Below the pieces are notes generated by a model. The model was not told the DNA's origin and ran no database searches. It saw only the letters and a program-made list of their open reading frames with translations. Shown piece by piece: positions 21,838-31,685 of a DNA stretch of 32,000 nucleotides; position 1 is the stretch's first letter, and each line of letters opens with the position of its first letter. Source of the stretch: Mycobacterium leprae TN (GTDB lineage Bacteria > Actinomycetota > Actinomycetes > Mycobacteriales > Mycobacteriaceae); the NCBI RefSeq assembly GCF_000195855.1, contig NC_002677.1:930001-962000 (forward strand). The letters run 5' to 3'. A program made the translations under genes and the position numbers.

Positions 21838-22053
21838 ATGGCCGAGGATGTTCGTGCCGAGATCGTGGCCAGTGTGCTTGAAGTCGTTGTCAGCGAGGGG
21901 GATCAAATCGGCAAAGGTGACGTCTTGGTTCTGCTGGAGTCGATGAAGATGGAGATCCCCGTCTTGGCTGGAGTTGCCGGCATCGTCAGCAAGGTGAGTG
22001 TCTCGGTGGGCGATGTTATTCAGGCCGGCGACCTTATTGCTGTGATCAGCTAG
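21838..22053 (+). CDS. Biotinyl/lipoyl-attachment protein (Rv3221c/TB7.3-like)
   Basis: 'MAEDVRAEIVASVLEVVVSEGDQIGKGDVLVLLESMKMEIPVLAGVAGIVSKVSVSVGDVIQAGDLIAVIS' with the canonical ESMKME biotinylation motif. Confidence 0.93.
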   Translation: MAEDVRAEIVASVLEVVVSEGDQIGKGDVLVLLESMKMEIPVLAGVAGIVSKVSVSVGDVIQAGDLIAVIS

Positions 22054-22102
22054 CCGGTGGAGTCTTCGTACCTGCCGCCGAGAAACGTTCCGGGAGTGAC
22101 AA

Positions 22103-23605
22103 ATGTCTACTCTCGGTGATTTGCTTGCTGAACATACGGTGCTGCCGGGCAACGCCGTTGGCCACTTGCATGCGGTGGTAGGGGAGTGGCAGCTGCTTGC
22201 TGACCTGTCCTTTGCCGACTACCTGATGTGGGTCAGCCGTGATGACGGGGTGCTGGTCTGTGTGGCGCAATGCCGGCCGCATACTGCGCCGACGGTTCTG
22301 CAGACCGATGCTGTGGGTAGCGTCGCAAGCGCCGATATGCTGCCGCTTGTCACTGAGATGTTTACCTCTGGTGCCGTTCAGCATGAAGACGCTGCGGGTC
22401 AGCAGTATTCGTGGTTGCCATTCGGTCGGAACGTTGCGGCTTCTCCGGTGCGGTATGGTGACCAGGTGGTCGCGGTGCTGACGCAGCACCAAGTTGAACT
22501 GGCAGCGCGTCGCAGGCCCGGCAATTTGGAGATCGCCTACTTGGCGTGCGCCACGGATCTTCTGCACATGCTGGCAGAGGGCACTTTCCCCGACGTGGGG
22601 GACGTGGCGGTGTCGCACTCTACTCCGCGGGCAGGCGATGGTTTCATTCGCCTCGATCGCAACGGTGTCGTCGCCTTTGCCAGCCCCAATGCGTTGTCGG
22701 CGTTCCACCGTATGGGCCTGACTGCCGAATTGCAAGGCCGCAATCTGGTGAAAGTCACTCGGCCACTGCTGTCGGACCCCTTCGAGGCGCAGGAGGTGGC
22801 CAAGCATGTGCAGGACTTGCTGGACGGCGGACCGAGCATGCGAGTGGAGGTTAACGCCGGTGGGGCTACAGTGCTGCTGCGGACGCTGCCGTTGGTGGTG
22901 CATGGTTCGAGCGTGGGCGCGGCCGTGCTGGTCCGTGACGTCACCGAGGTGAAGCGCCGTGATCGTGCGCTGATCTCTAAGGACGCCACGATCCGGGAAA
23001 TACACCACCGAGTCAAGAATAACCTACAAACTGTCGCGGCGCTGCTGCGGTTGCAGGCCCGGAGGATGGCCAACGCCGAAGGGCGAGAAGCGTTGATCGA
23101 GTCGGTGCGACGGGTGTCGTCGATCGCATTGGTGCACGACGCGTTGTCGATGTCAGTGGACGAGCAAGTCAACCTTGACGAGGTCATCGATCGGATCCTG
23201 CCGATTATGAACGATGTGGCGTCGGTGGACAGGCCGATTCGGATCAACCGAGTCGGCAACCTGGGCATGCTGGATTCAGACCGTGCCACAGCACTGATCA
23301 TGGTGATCACCGAACTAGTGCAGAATGCGATCGAGCATGCATTCGATCCGGCGTCCCAAGAAGGATTTGTGGCGATTAGTGCTGAGCGTTCGGCGCGTTG
23401 GCTCGATGTTGTCGTGCACGACGACGGCCGTGGGTTACCTCAAGGATTCAACTTGGAACGGTCAGATAGCTTGGGCCTGCAAATTGTGCGCACCTTGGTG
23501 TCCTCCGAGTTGGACGGTTCGTTAGGCATGCGGAAAGCACCCAATCGTGGCACCGATGTGGTGCTGCGGGTGCCGATTGGCCGGCGGGCCCGGTTGCTGC
23601 TGTAG
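22103..23605 (+). CDS. pdtaS: Two-component sensor histidine kinase PdtaS
   Basis: 500-aa ORF; HisKA_2-type 'REIHHRVKNNLQTVAALLRLQARR', 'ELVQNAIEHAFD', 'VVHDDGRGLPQGF', 'SDSLGLQIVRTLV'; gene order next to TB7.3 and whiB1. Confidence 0.94.
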   Translation: MSTLGDLLAEHTVLPGNAVGHLHAVVGEWQLLADLSFADYLMWVSRDDGVLVCVAQCRPHTAPTVLQTDAVGSVASADMLPLVTEMFTSGAVQHEDAAGQQYSWLPFGRNVAASPVRYGDQVVAVLTQHQVELAARRRPGNLEIAYLACATDLLHMLAEGTFPDVGDVAVSHSTPRAGDGFIRLDRNGVVAFASPNALSAFHRMGLTAELQGRNLVKVTRPLLSDPFEAQEVAKHVQDLLDGGPSMRVEVNAGGATVLLRTLPLVVHGSSVGAAVLVRDVTEVKRRDRALISKDATIREIHHRVKNNLQTVAALLRLQARRMANAEGREALIESVRRVSSIALVHDALSMSVDEQVNLDEVIDRILPIMNDVASVDRPIRINRVGNLGMLDSDRATALIMVITELVQNAIEHAFDPASQEGFVAISAERSARWLDVVVHDDGRGLPQGFNLERSDSLGLQIVRTLVSSELDGSLGMRKAPNRGTDVVLRVPIGRRARLLL

Positions 23606-23664
23606 CGGACTCGAAACAATGCGGCCCCGATATTATTATCAAGGTCGCACTGTTCCGAGCTGGG

Positions 23665-23919
23665 TCAGACCCCGCTGCGGGCCTTTGTCCGGGTGTTCCG
23701 ACGTTTCAGCGCTCGCCGCTCGTCTTCACTCATGCCGCCCCAGACGCCCGAGTCCTGACCTGTGTTGAGGGCCCAGGCGAGGCACTCTGTGGTGACTGGG
23801 CACCGATTGCAGACCAGTTTCGCGTCAGCGATCTGCGCGATTGCCGGGCCGCTGTTCCCTACGGGGAAGAACAGCTCCGGATCCTCGTCGCGACAGACCG
23901 CCTTGTGGCGCCAATCCAT
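23665..23919 (-). CDS. whiB1: WhiB-family iron-sulfur transcriptional regulator WhiB1
   Basis: 'MDWRHKAVCRDEDPELFFPVGN...CNRCPVTTECLAWAL...GVWGGMSEDERRALKRR' with four conserved Cys; AAGGAG ribosome-binding site upstream. Confidence 0.97.
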   Translation of the reverse strand: MDWRHKAVCRDEDPELFFPVGNSGPAIAQIADAKLVCNRCPVTTECLAWALNTGQDSGVWGGMSEDERRALKRRNTRTKARSGV

Positions 23920-24279
23920 ACTTTGTTACTCCTTACCGTTTGCGCAGCAAAGCACACGGGATATTTTTCCTCGGCTGTCAACGTATGCACAAGAAAAGTT
24001 CCGTACCTCTACGCAATTGCGTGCAACCTTTCCATTCTTTCACAAAGGCAACATATGTCAATAGCAAGAGGTGGATCGTGGGCAACCTCACTTTGACCGT
24101 CTGGCATCCACGTCCTTACATCGTTTTACTGAAATCGCCGCCGACTTCTTCCTACAACTATCTTACCAGGCATGCATCAGATACTTGGTTAGTACATTTC
24201 AGGTGCGGTTTTGGCGAGCGGAAGCGACGACCAGCGGCCCGTCCGAAAATCACCCGAAACGTCATGGTGTCACGCACGT

Positions 24280-25185
24280 CAAGATCATCCCCGTCGAACT
24301 GACTGGCGATTGGGGGCTTCAGTGGATGTGACTCGTAGGAACGGCACGTCATCCACGGTGATGAAGTGCTTGAACTTGGGCTGTTTGGTGAACATCTGTC
24401 GGACGATTCGCCAAGGTGGGGATCGGCTTCATGGTTGGTCGGAACGAACACGCTCAGCCCAGCGTCGAAGCTGCGTCCGGGAGTTGGTCCACACTGATCG
24501 GTCGTTCACGTAAATCCATAGACTCGAGTTGGACACGAAAGATTAAAGCCGACAACGGTTCTCGATTCACGGCCGGGAAGTTGCAGTGTAATAGGGTTAG
24601 GTTCACGGCACGTTTAGAGCCCCGTACGGGGCGGGTACTGCCGAGCGGCTATAGCGCCATGGTGTGACGTTGTCGCTCTTGTGGCGTCCGGCCTCGGCCG
24701 CGGCTACTATTTCAGTATCGACACCCAATTCCGGCGTTGAACACGGCCCACCTTTAGCCGTAGTCGACTTAGCTCTATGCGGCATCAAATCTGAGAACGG
24801 CCGGTAATCGTCGAGTAATTGGATGAGCTGGTTAGTGGCAGCGAGCGGGTCGCGAGAAAGGGGTCAGCACATTCGCCGAATTGCCAGGCGCCACGATGAC
24901 CACAGGCACCCGGACGGTGGCCCCTGGACCGGGTCTCGGGTACCGGTGTGGCCGAGTAAACCCCATTAGCCACTCCAGTTGACTGTGCCGTCGCCGCCTG
25001 TATGACGAGGTCCACTCTTAAAGTCTTCAATGGTTGTTTGTGTGCGAATTCTGTGCCTTAACCCCGTTTGTTGGTGTGCTCAACGGTGAGTTGAAGATCG
25101 CCTCTTGAGCGTGTGCGTCAGCAGGTCGTGATCGGTCGGTGTGGTCAATTTGGCTGTTGGGTTGACGATCAGCACGGCACGCATG
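24280..25185 (-). pseudogene. Diacylglycerol/sphingosine kinase-like protein pseudogene (Rv3218-like)
   Basis: Minus strand 'MRAVLIVNPTAKLTTPTDHDLLTHTLK', 'VRVPVVIVAPGNSANVLT', 'AEVVAA.EAGRHKSDNVTPWRYSRSAV' style fragments in different frames. Confidence 0.6.
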
Positions 25186-25319
25186 AGCTTAGGGGCGGCG
25201 ACGATGTGGACCGTGTAATAGCGCTGCTTAGCAGCGGGGCGATCGTCGGCCCGTGTGACTACGCTGACGTTGTGACACTCCCACATAAGCGGGCGGTATT
25301 CTCGCGTGCTCCGGCTGCT

Positions 25320-25727
25320 GTGCGGGGCGCAGGACTAATTGTCGTGGTGCAAGGTGCAGTCGCGCTGGTGGTGGCTGCGGCGCTGGTGGTTCGCGGGCTC
25401 ACCGGCGCCGATCAGCGCATTGTTAACGGCTTGGGCACAGCGATCTGGTTCGTTGTGGTCGGCGTTGCGGTGCTTGCTGCCGGATGTGCGTTGCTGGTCG
25501 GCAAGCGTTGGGGTCGCGGTCTGGCGGTGTTCACCCAATTGCTGCTGTTACCTGTAGCGTGGTATCTCGTTGTGGGCTCGCATCAGTCGGCCTTCGGATT
25601 TCCAATGGGAATCGTGGCGCTGATCGCGTTGATATTGCTTTTCAGTCCACCGGCTGTGCGCTGGTCCGCAGGTGCCTATCAGCGTAGTGTGGCCAGTTCA
25701 GCTAATCGCAAGGCGGACAGTCGGTAG
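25320..25727 (+). CDS. Small integral membrane protein (Rv3217c-like)
   Basis: C-terminal part of ORF 25113..25727 has four hydrophobic segments (AGLIVVVQGAVALVVAAALVVRG..., IWFVVVGVAVLAAGCALLVG, LAVFTQLLLLPVAWYLVVG, GIVALIALILLF). True start uncertain; N-terminal half of the track ORF looks spurious. Confidence 0.7.
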   Translation: MRGAGLIVVVQGAVALVVAAALVVRGLTGADQRIVNGLGTAIWFVVVGVAVLAAGCALLVGKRWGRGLAVFTQLLLLPVAWYLVVGSHQSAFGFPMGIVALIALILLFSPPAVRWSAGAYQRSVASSANRKADSR

Positions 25728-25744
25728 GTGGCCCATTTTGCGCT

Positions 25745-26160
25745 CCGGATGTCTGCCGATCCCACTCAATACAACGCAATGGCAGCGGAGTTCCAGTTCA
25801 GCACCGCCCATGACAATCCGGTGTGGCTGTTGTCAAGGCATTCGGCTGCCAGCAGTGCACGAGCCAGGCCGCGCCGACGCAACCTCGTTCGTGCGAGCAG
25901 ATCCTTACAGATAGATGCTGGCAACGCTGTCCCATGTGGAGAAGTTACGGAACCATAGAGCCACCGCGGCGAGTTCACCGTCCACTTCGGTAACGTGCTT
26001 TTGAACCAGTTTAGTGAACTTCCAAAAAACGCTGCGGAAATTCGTGTTTCGCTAACAGTGCACTGATCGTCAACATGTTCGAATTCGGTAAATGCGTGGA
26101 TCATGGCCGTAATTTCTGAGGCGTTCTCCAGTCTGGTACAATGGGATTGCTAGGTCATTG
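25745..26160 (-). pseudogene. GNAT acetyltransferase pseudogene (Rv3216-like)
   Basis: Minus-strand 'RTRLRRRGLARALLAAECLDNSHTGLSWAVLNWNSAAIALY' is a GNAT acetyl-CoA-binding signature; upstream portion shortened/frame-shifted. Confidence 0.7.
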
Positions 26161-27255
26161 CTTAACTCCCAACGCGTTCAGAATCGTGGCGAATTTCGCT
26201 GTGGTTTCATCAACTTCGTCATCGGGATCGGATTCGGCAACGATGCCTCCGCCAGCATGGGCGAAGGCGATGCGGCGGTCGGCCGATAGCTGAGCACAGC
26301 GGATGGATACCACCCAGTGACCGTCCCCCCTGGCATCGCACCAACCCACTGCTCCTGCGTAGAAACCGCGGTCACCTTCCAGCGCTGCGATAAGTTCGGA
26401 TGCGGCTTCCGCCGGTACCCCACCGACCGCTGGAGTGGGATGCAGCATCAAGGCTAAATCTATTGCTGTGATTGAGGTGTCGCGCAGCCGGCCGCTGATC
26501 GGTGTGCATAGGTGCCAGACTGCCGCGGTGCGGCTCAATTCCGGCTCGGGCGCGATCGTCAAGTTGTCGCACACTGGCTCTAGGGCAGCACGTATCGCGT
26601 CGATGACCAGCTGATGTTCGTGACGGTTCTTGATCGAGCCGGCCAGCGCGGCGCTGTTAGCGGAGTCGACTTCGGGGTTGGTAGCACGTGGGGCCGAACC
26701 GGCAAACGGCCGGCAGACTACACGGTCGCCGAAGCGCGAGACCAACAGTTCTGGGCTGGCGCCCACCAGGGCAACACCCGCGTACTGGCCGCCGGCTGCG
26801 GTCAAGTCGACGAGATATCCGTACGCGGTCGGGTCGGCTGTGACTAGCCGGCGCAGGATGGCGCGGCCGTCCAGTGGAGCGTCCGCGACCAGCTGCAATG
26901 CGCGGGCAAGCACTACCTTGTGTAGTGAGTTGCCAGGTGCGGTGAGTTGCTCGCGTGCGTTGCTTATCCAGACGCGGTAGTTGGCACGCGTTGGGACGGC
27001 GGCAGTGATGCGCAGGGTGGGTAGCGGGCCGGTCTGCCAGTTTGGCAGTGTATCGGTGCGCAGCACAGCACTAGGTGCCATCAGTGCGGCGGGGCTTTCC
27101 GCATCGAAAGGTAATGCACCCAACAGTATTGGCGTAACTCCAGAACGCAGTGCAGCTTGCGCTAAATACACATCGTCGTAGCGTGTGTGCACCCCGTCGG
27201 CAACTAGAGTCCCACGTGGTCCGCATAGTGCGAACGGTGGTTCGCTTGGTCTCAT
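26155..27255 (-). CDS. entC: Isochorismate synthase (EntC/MenF family)
   Basis: ATG at 27255 with gcaggagag upstream; 'PSEPPFALCGPRGTLVADG', 'LHKVVLARALQL', 'PELLVSRFGDRVVCRPFAGSAPR', 'LMLHPTPAVGGVPAEAA', 'FYAGAVGWCDARGDGHWVVSIRCAQL'. Confidence 0.93.
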   Translation of the reverse strand: MRPSEPPFALCGPRGTLVADGVHTRYDDVYLAQAALRSGVTPILLGALPFDAESPAALMAPSAVLRTDTLPNWQTGPLPTLRITAAVPTRANYRVWISNAREQLTAPGNSLHKVVLARALQLVADAPLDGRAILRRLVTADPTAYGYLVDLTAAGGQYAGVALVGASPELLVSRFGDRVVCRPFAGSAPRATNPEVDSANSAALAGSIKNRHEHQLVIDAIRAALEPVCDNLTIAPEPELSRTAAVWHLCTPISGRLRDTSITAIDLALMLHPTPAVGGVPAEAASELIAALEGDRGFYAGAVGWCDARGDGHWVVSIRCAQLSADRRIAFAHAGGGIVAESDPDDEVDETTAKFATILNALGVKQ

Positions 27256-27261
27256 TTGTTC

Positions 27262-27925
27262 GGCTCTCTCCTGCGCCACTGGGCGGCGTTTGTCGTCGTC
27301 ATTGTTGATGTTCACCCGGGTGCGACCGGTCGTGGCTAGCCAGGCGACCCAAGCGTGTGTAGTTGCCGTAGCCCGTACTCGAACCCGCACATCCCAATCG
27401 AGCTGATGCGCATACCGAAGCGCCGGCCCTCGACAAATGGCAGCCCGATCCAGCGTGTGATCACCGCCCAGCAGAGGTGGCCATGGCTGACGGACTACAT
27501 GGTCCGTGACTCCAAGTGCTCGAACGCCATAGCGACGGCCTGGTCGGCATGTTCGCTGACTTGCCAGACGTTTTTCACCCCTCGGGTATCTGTGCGTCCA
27601 TGCCAACCAAGCAGGTTCGGCTTCTCGAGTCTTTGCGGTGGTGAGGTCTTCGTAGGAGCCGTAGGTGCATTCAGCTAGTAATGGAGATACTTTGTCGACG
27701 GTAAGTCCGGCCAACTTGGCAGTAACTAGGTCGCATTGACGTGGGTTGCTGGCCATCATCGGATCAACGAGTTTCTGTTCCGCTAGGGCCCGCTCAGCTA
27801 GCTTGGCCTGTGCTCGGCCGGTATCGGTCAACTCCAGCTCGGTACAGCCGAATGTGCTGGCCCGATTTCGACCACGCCGTATCGCCATGTCGTAGCAGCA
27901 GACGGTGGTTGTGTTAAGCCCATGC
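27262..27925 (-). pseudogene. gpm2: Phosphoglycerate mutase-like phosphatase pseudogene (Rv3214/gpm2-like)
   Basis: 'LLLRHGDTAWSKSGQHI' in one frame, then 'FGCTELELTDTGRAQAKLAERAL...TAKLAGLTVDKVSPLLAECTYGSYEDLTTAKTREAEPAWLAWTHRYPRGE' in another, then a further frameshift. Confidence 0.85.
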
Positions 27926-28096
27926 CGGACGATAGGTTGTCGCCCTGAGCCGGAGCCATCGTCTGAGGTATATCAAGGAGAACGTGCCAGCATAGCGCTG
28001 TGACCGCGCTGGTGACGATGCGCAGAGGAGATGATTTCCGATGAGGTGGGGTGTGGAACCCTAATTCTTCATTGCAGGGGGAGAACAGTGCTTGTG

Positions 28097-28852
28097 ACTA
28101 AGGCCCGGGTACTGGCTGTGGCCAACCAGAAAGGGGGCGTAGTCAAGATGACAACGGTGGTCTCACTGGGGTGAGGCGATTGCGGAGCGAGTACTGCTTG
28201 TCGATCTGAAATCCGCCGGGTTGTTTGACCTCTTGTGCTGGGCCAAGATCTCGACAAACTCCCGGTTTCTGTGTACGAGAGGTATTGCTCGGTGAGGTCG
28301 AGCCAAATTGTTTCGCTGGTCACGATGGTGGAGGGAATGACGCTGCTGTCGGCCAACATTGACCTCGCCAACGCTGAGTCGGTGTTGCTGATGCGGACGG
28401 GCCGCGAATATGGGCTCAAATGTGCGTTGGCCAAACTCTCCGACTAGTTCGACGTGGTCTGTCATCGGATTGCCCGCTGTCACGTGATGTGCTCACCCTC
28501 AACGGTTTGATGGCCGCCGACAAGGCCATCGTGCCGCTGCAGTGCGAGATACTGGGGCACTGCGGCTCCGGCCAATTTCTGTACACCGTCGCTGACGTTC
28601 AGCAGATCACCAAACCTGGATTTCTGCGACTGCTGGGTGCGTGTTACCTACGCTGTAGGATTTCCGTACCCCCACACTCGTGAAATGCTGCTCGACCTCG
28701 CAGACCGCTATGCGCTGCCTGTGCTGGCACCGCCCATCTCGCCGCACAGTGCGCTTCAATGAGGCGTTGGCCTATCGCGAACTGGCATAGGGGCTGCGCA
28801 AGCATTGGATAGAACGGCAAACCTCCAGCCCACGTTCACTGTCGAGATTTAG
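28097..28852 (+). pseudogene. ParA/Soj-family ATPase pseudogene (Rv3213c-like)
   Basis: 'RVLAVANQKGGVVKMTTVVSLG' (Walker A degraded), 'LGQDLDKLPVSVYE', 'VTMVEGMTLLSANIDLANAESVLLMRTGREYGLKCALAKLSD', 'DVLTLNGLMAADKAIVPLQCEILGH', 'TFTVEI*' across frames. Confidence 0.88.
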
Positions 28853-28881
28853 CGGCCCGTACGAGCTCATGGTCCCCGCAA

Positions 28882-30105
28882 CTAGCCCAGCGCTACCAGG
28901 GTGTCGCCGCGTTGCTCGAACACCGTAGAACCCGAAACGGCCGGGATCACTGCTGAGCTGCTCGGCGGTCGACGCACCGGGATATAGCGGTTATTCGCAC
29001 CGCTGAACAGGTCATAGACGCCTATCTTACCGGTGACCGGTACAAGCAGTTGACCGGCCATCATCACACCAGGCCCCACTGGCGCAGTCGTTTCGCCTGC
29101 GGCAATGGTGTACCGAAGGGTGAGGTTGCTCTGATTGAAGACCATGAGGGTATCTCCGGTCCACCAGGTCACTAGGTTGCCTGCCTGCGAGACCACTGCC
29201 GAGCTCGACGGCGGTTTGGTCAGCAGTGTGCTCGCCACGGTGGTTCCGGTTTCGTCGATCACGTCCACTCTGGGCTGTGTGCCGGCTTCTCCGGGCAGAT
29301 AAACAGCTGTATGGGTGTCGGAAACCGTCAGCACGCGGGCTCCCGAACCAGAGCGGACCCTGGGCTCGGCCACCAGGTGTTGTTGGGGTTCGTCGTCTTC
29401 CTTGCCCGGGCGTAACAGCACGAGCTGCAGATCGTCCTGATTCGCACAGGCCTCGAGCACCGCTACCGCCGATGAGCTAGCTGCTGTGGACTCCAGCGTG
29501 CATCCGGAGTGAAGTCCCCGCGCCGGGGGTTTCACCCGGGCGTCGATTTCACCGTAGGCGAGCATCCGGACCATGTCCGAGCGCCAGAGTTCCAGGCGGG
29601 TATCGCCGGCCGACAACACCGCCGTGCCGTCGGAGGATAGGCGCACGTGTGGATCGGCGTAGCTACTGCGGGCGGCTTCGCGACGGCCGGTGGATCCATC
29701 TATGGTGCTGACCTGACCGCAACCACGGTCATCTCGATAGACCGCGACGGCGTAATGGTAGACCCAGGACACTCCGCACAGATCGCTGTCGCGGGCGTAG
29801 CTCCAACGTGACTCGCCCGTGACGGGGTTGCGCCCATCTATTTGGTGCCCGTCGCCAGTGATCACCGCACCACCCACCACCACGGGGGCGGTGGTGGCAG
29901 GACTGGCAGCGGCCCAGAGCTGGTTGAAGGCGGTCGGCACTTCCCGCGCTGGAGTCGGATTGGGCGCTGGAATGGTGGCCGGCCGGCTGTGGGTGGCCTG
30001 GGCGTCGCTGGTCCACCAGATCAGCGACACCATAGCCGCCATGACGACCGTGATCGTCATGGCGGCTATGGTGTCGGCCTTGGTCCGGCGTTCGGGTCTG
30101 ACCAT
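28882..30105 (-). CDS. Membrane-anchored PQQ/beta-propeller-like protein (Rv3212-like)
   Basis: 407-aa ORF with one N-terminal transmembrane segment (TIAAMTITVVMAAMVSLIWW) and repeated VITGDG/VSTIDGSTG-like blades. Confidence 0.85.
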   Translation of the reverse strand: MVRPERRTKADTIAAMTITVVMAAMVSLIWWTSDAQATHSRPATIPAPNPTPAREVPTAFNQLWAAASPATTAPVVVGGAVITGDGHQIDGRNPVTGESRWSYARDSDLCGVSWVYHYAVAVYRDDRGCGQVSTIDGSTGRREAARSSYADPHVRLSSDGTAVLSAGDTRLELWRSDMVRMLAYGEIDARVKPPARGLHSGCTLESTAASSSAVAVLEACANQDDLQLVLLRPGKEDDEPQQHLVAEPRVRSGSGARVLTVSDTHTAVYLPGEAGTQPRVDVIDETGTTVASTLLTKPPSSSAVVSQAGNLVTWWTGDTLMVFNQSNLTLRYTIAAGETTAPVGPGVMMAGQLLVPVTGKIGVYDLFSGANNRYIPVRRPPSSSAVIPAVSGSTVFEQRGDTLVALG

Positions 30106-30116
30106 GTGTCAACAGC

Positions 30117-31685
30117 TCAATTGGCCTGTACAGCCAAGTTTTTGTCGAGACCGTTTTCGGCGACCTCGGTCGGCTTGCGGCGGTGTCGACGACGGCGGAC
30201 GTTGGTGGATGGGGAGCCCGACGAGGAGTTCGGCAGCGTCTCCGCGACGACTTTGCCGTTGGTGGCCAGGCTGTCGGCGGACGGGTTATTGGTGGGATGT
30301 CCGGTGACGGGTTGGCCACCGCGGATGCGGTGTCGCTGTACGCTATTGCTCGTTCGCGCCGCCTTAGCGGCTTGCGCTGACGTTCCTGACTTATCCCCGT
30401 CACGGTCGGTCTTGCGGCGTTTGACTTGCGCCTTGCGCGGCGTGCCGACGGTTCCGCTGGCCTCGGCGGGAATGGCCAACTCGGTGTACAGATGGGGCGA
30501 ATTGGAGTATGTCTCGGCCGGATCGGGGGTGCCCAAGCCCAGTGCCTTGTCGATCGTCTCCCAGCGGTGCAACTCATCCCAGTCTACTAGGGTGACCGCG
30601 ACCCCGGTGCGGCCGGCACGGCCCGTGCGTCCGATGCGGTGGACGTACATCTTTTCGTCTTCAGGGCACTGGTAGTTGATTACGTGGGTAACGTCGTCGA
30701 TGTCAATGCCGCGGGCGGCCACATCGGTGGCGACTAGCACGTCGACATTGCCGGTCCGAAAAGCCTCGAGGGCATTCTCTCGTGCTATCTGTCCGAGGTC
30801 GCCATGCACGGCGCCTACCGCGAAACCGCGTTCGTTGAGCTCGTTGGTGACTTTTTGCGCGGTGCGTTTGGTGCGGGTGAAGATCATTGTCGCGCCCCGT
30901 CCACGCGCCTGCAGGATTCGGCTGATCAATTCCACCTTGTCCAATGCGTGGGCGCGGTAGACGAATTGCTGGGTGGTGTCGTGCACTGCCAAGGAGTGCG
31001 GTGCCTCGGCCCGGATATGGATGGGTTGGTCCATGAATGTGCGTGCCAGCGTGATGATCGGGTCCGGCATGGTCGCCGAGAAAAGCATCGATTGCCGATC
31101 GGTGGGGATTTGTCCTAAGAGGCGCTCGATATCGGGAAAGAAGCCCAGATCGAGCATCTCGTCGGCCTCGTCGAGTACCAGCACCGACAACCCGCTCAGC
31201 TGCAGGTGGCCCTGCTGGCACAGGTCGAGCAGCCGCCCTGGAGTGCTTACCACGACGTCGGCGCCTGTCTGTAGTGCTTCGATCTGCGGCTCATAAGCCC
31301 GCCCGCCATAAATGGACACCACCGAGAACCGCCGGTTGTCGTCGTCAGCGGTCAGGTATTTTGCCACGGTGGCCAGGTCATCGGCGACTTGTAGACAAAG
31401 CTCCCGAGTCGGTACAACGACCAGCCCTCGGGGTGCGCCGGACAGCGGCCTTGCTGTGGTAGTGACGCTGATGCGCTGTAGTAACGGCACGCCGAAGGCG
31501 AAAGTCTTGCCCATCCCGGTACGGGCCTGGCCGATCACGTCGTCGCCGGCGAGTGCAAGTGGCAAGGTGAGTTCTTGTATAGCAAAAGGTTGCTGAATGC
31601 CTCGTTCGGCTAATGCACGGACTATTTCGTCACGGACTCCAAGTTTTGCGAAGGCCGGTTCAGCTGTACTGGTTGGTGCAGTCAT
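30117..31685 (-). CDS. rhlE: ATP-dependent DEAD-box RNA helicase (RhlE-like)
   Basis: 'FAIQELTLPLALAGDDVIGQARTGMGKTFAFGVP', 'VLDEADEMLDLGF', 'SATMP', 'VLVATDVAARGIDIDDVTHVINYQCP', 'YVHRIGRTGRAG'. ATG at 31685 preferred over upstream GTG at 31751. Confidence 0.95.
   Translation of the reverse strand: MTAPTSTAEPAFAKLGVRDEIVRALAERGIQQPFAIQELTLPLALAGDDVIGQARTGMGKTFAFGVPLLQRISVTTTARPLSGAPRGLVVVPTRELCLQVADDLATVAKYLTADDDNRRFSVVSIYGGRAYEPQIEALQTGADVVVSTPGRLLDLCQQGHLQLSGLSVLVLDEADEMLDLGFFPDIERLLGQIPTDRQSMLFSATMPDPIITLARTFMDQPIHIRAEAPHSLAVHDTTQQFVYRAHALDKVELISRILQARGRGATMIFTRTKRTAQKVTNELNERGFAVGAVHGDLGQIARENALEAFRTGNVDVLVATDVAARGIDIDDVTHVINYQCPEDEKMYVHRIGRTGRAGRTGVAVTLVDWDELHRWETIDKALGLGTPDPAETYSNSPHLYTELAIPAEASGTVGTPRKAQVKRRKTDRDGDKSGTSAQAAKAARTSNSVQRHRIRGGQPVTGHPTNNPSADSLATNGKVVAETLPNSSSGSPSTNVRRRRHRRKPTEVAENGLDKNLAVQAN

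Noticed and set aside
22046-23310. Minus-strand ORFs of 320 and 257 aa
   Set aside because: Shadow ORFs antisense to pdtaS, which carries the clear histidine kinase motifs.
24158-24564. Several overlapping 80-100 aa ORFs considered as small proteins
   Set aside because: Compositionally biased and mutually overlapping on both strands in a pseudogene region (Rv3218-like remnant).
29842-30675. Plus-strand 277-aa ORF, and minus-strand 282-aa ORF at 29729-30577
   Set aside because: Both overlap the Rv3212-like and rhlE genes and consist of Arg/Ser/Pro-rich out-of-frame translation.
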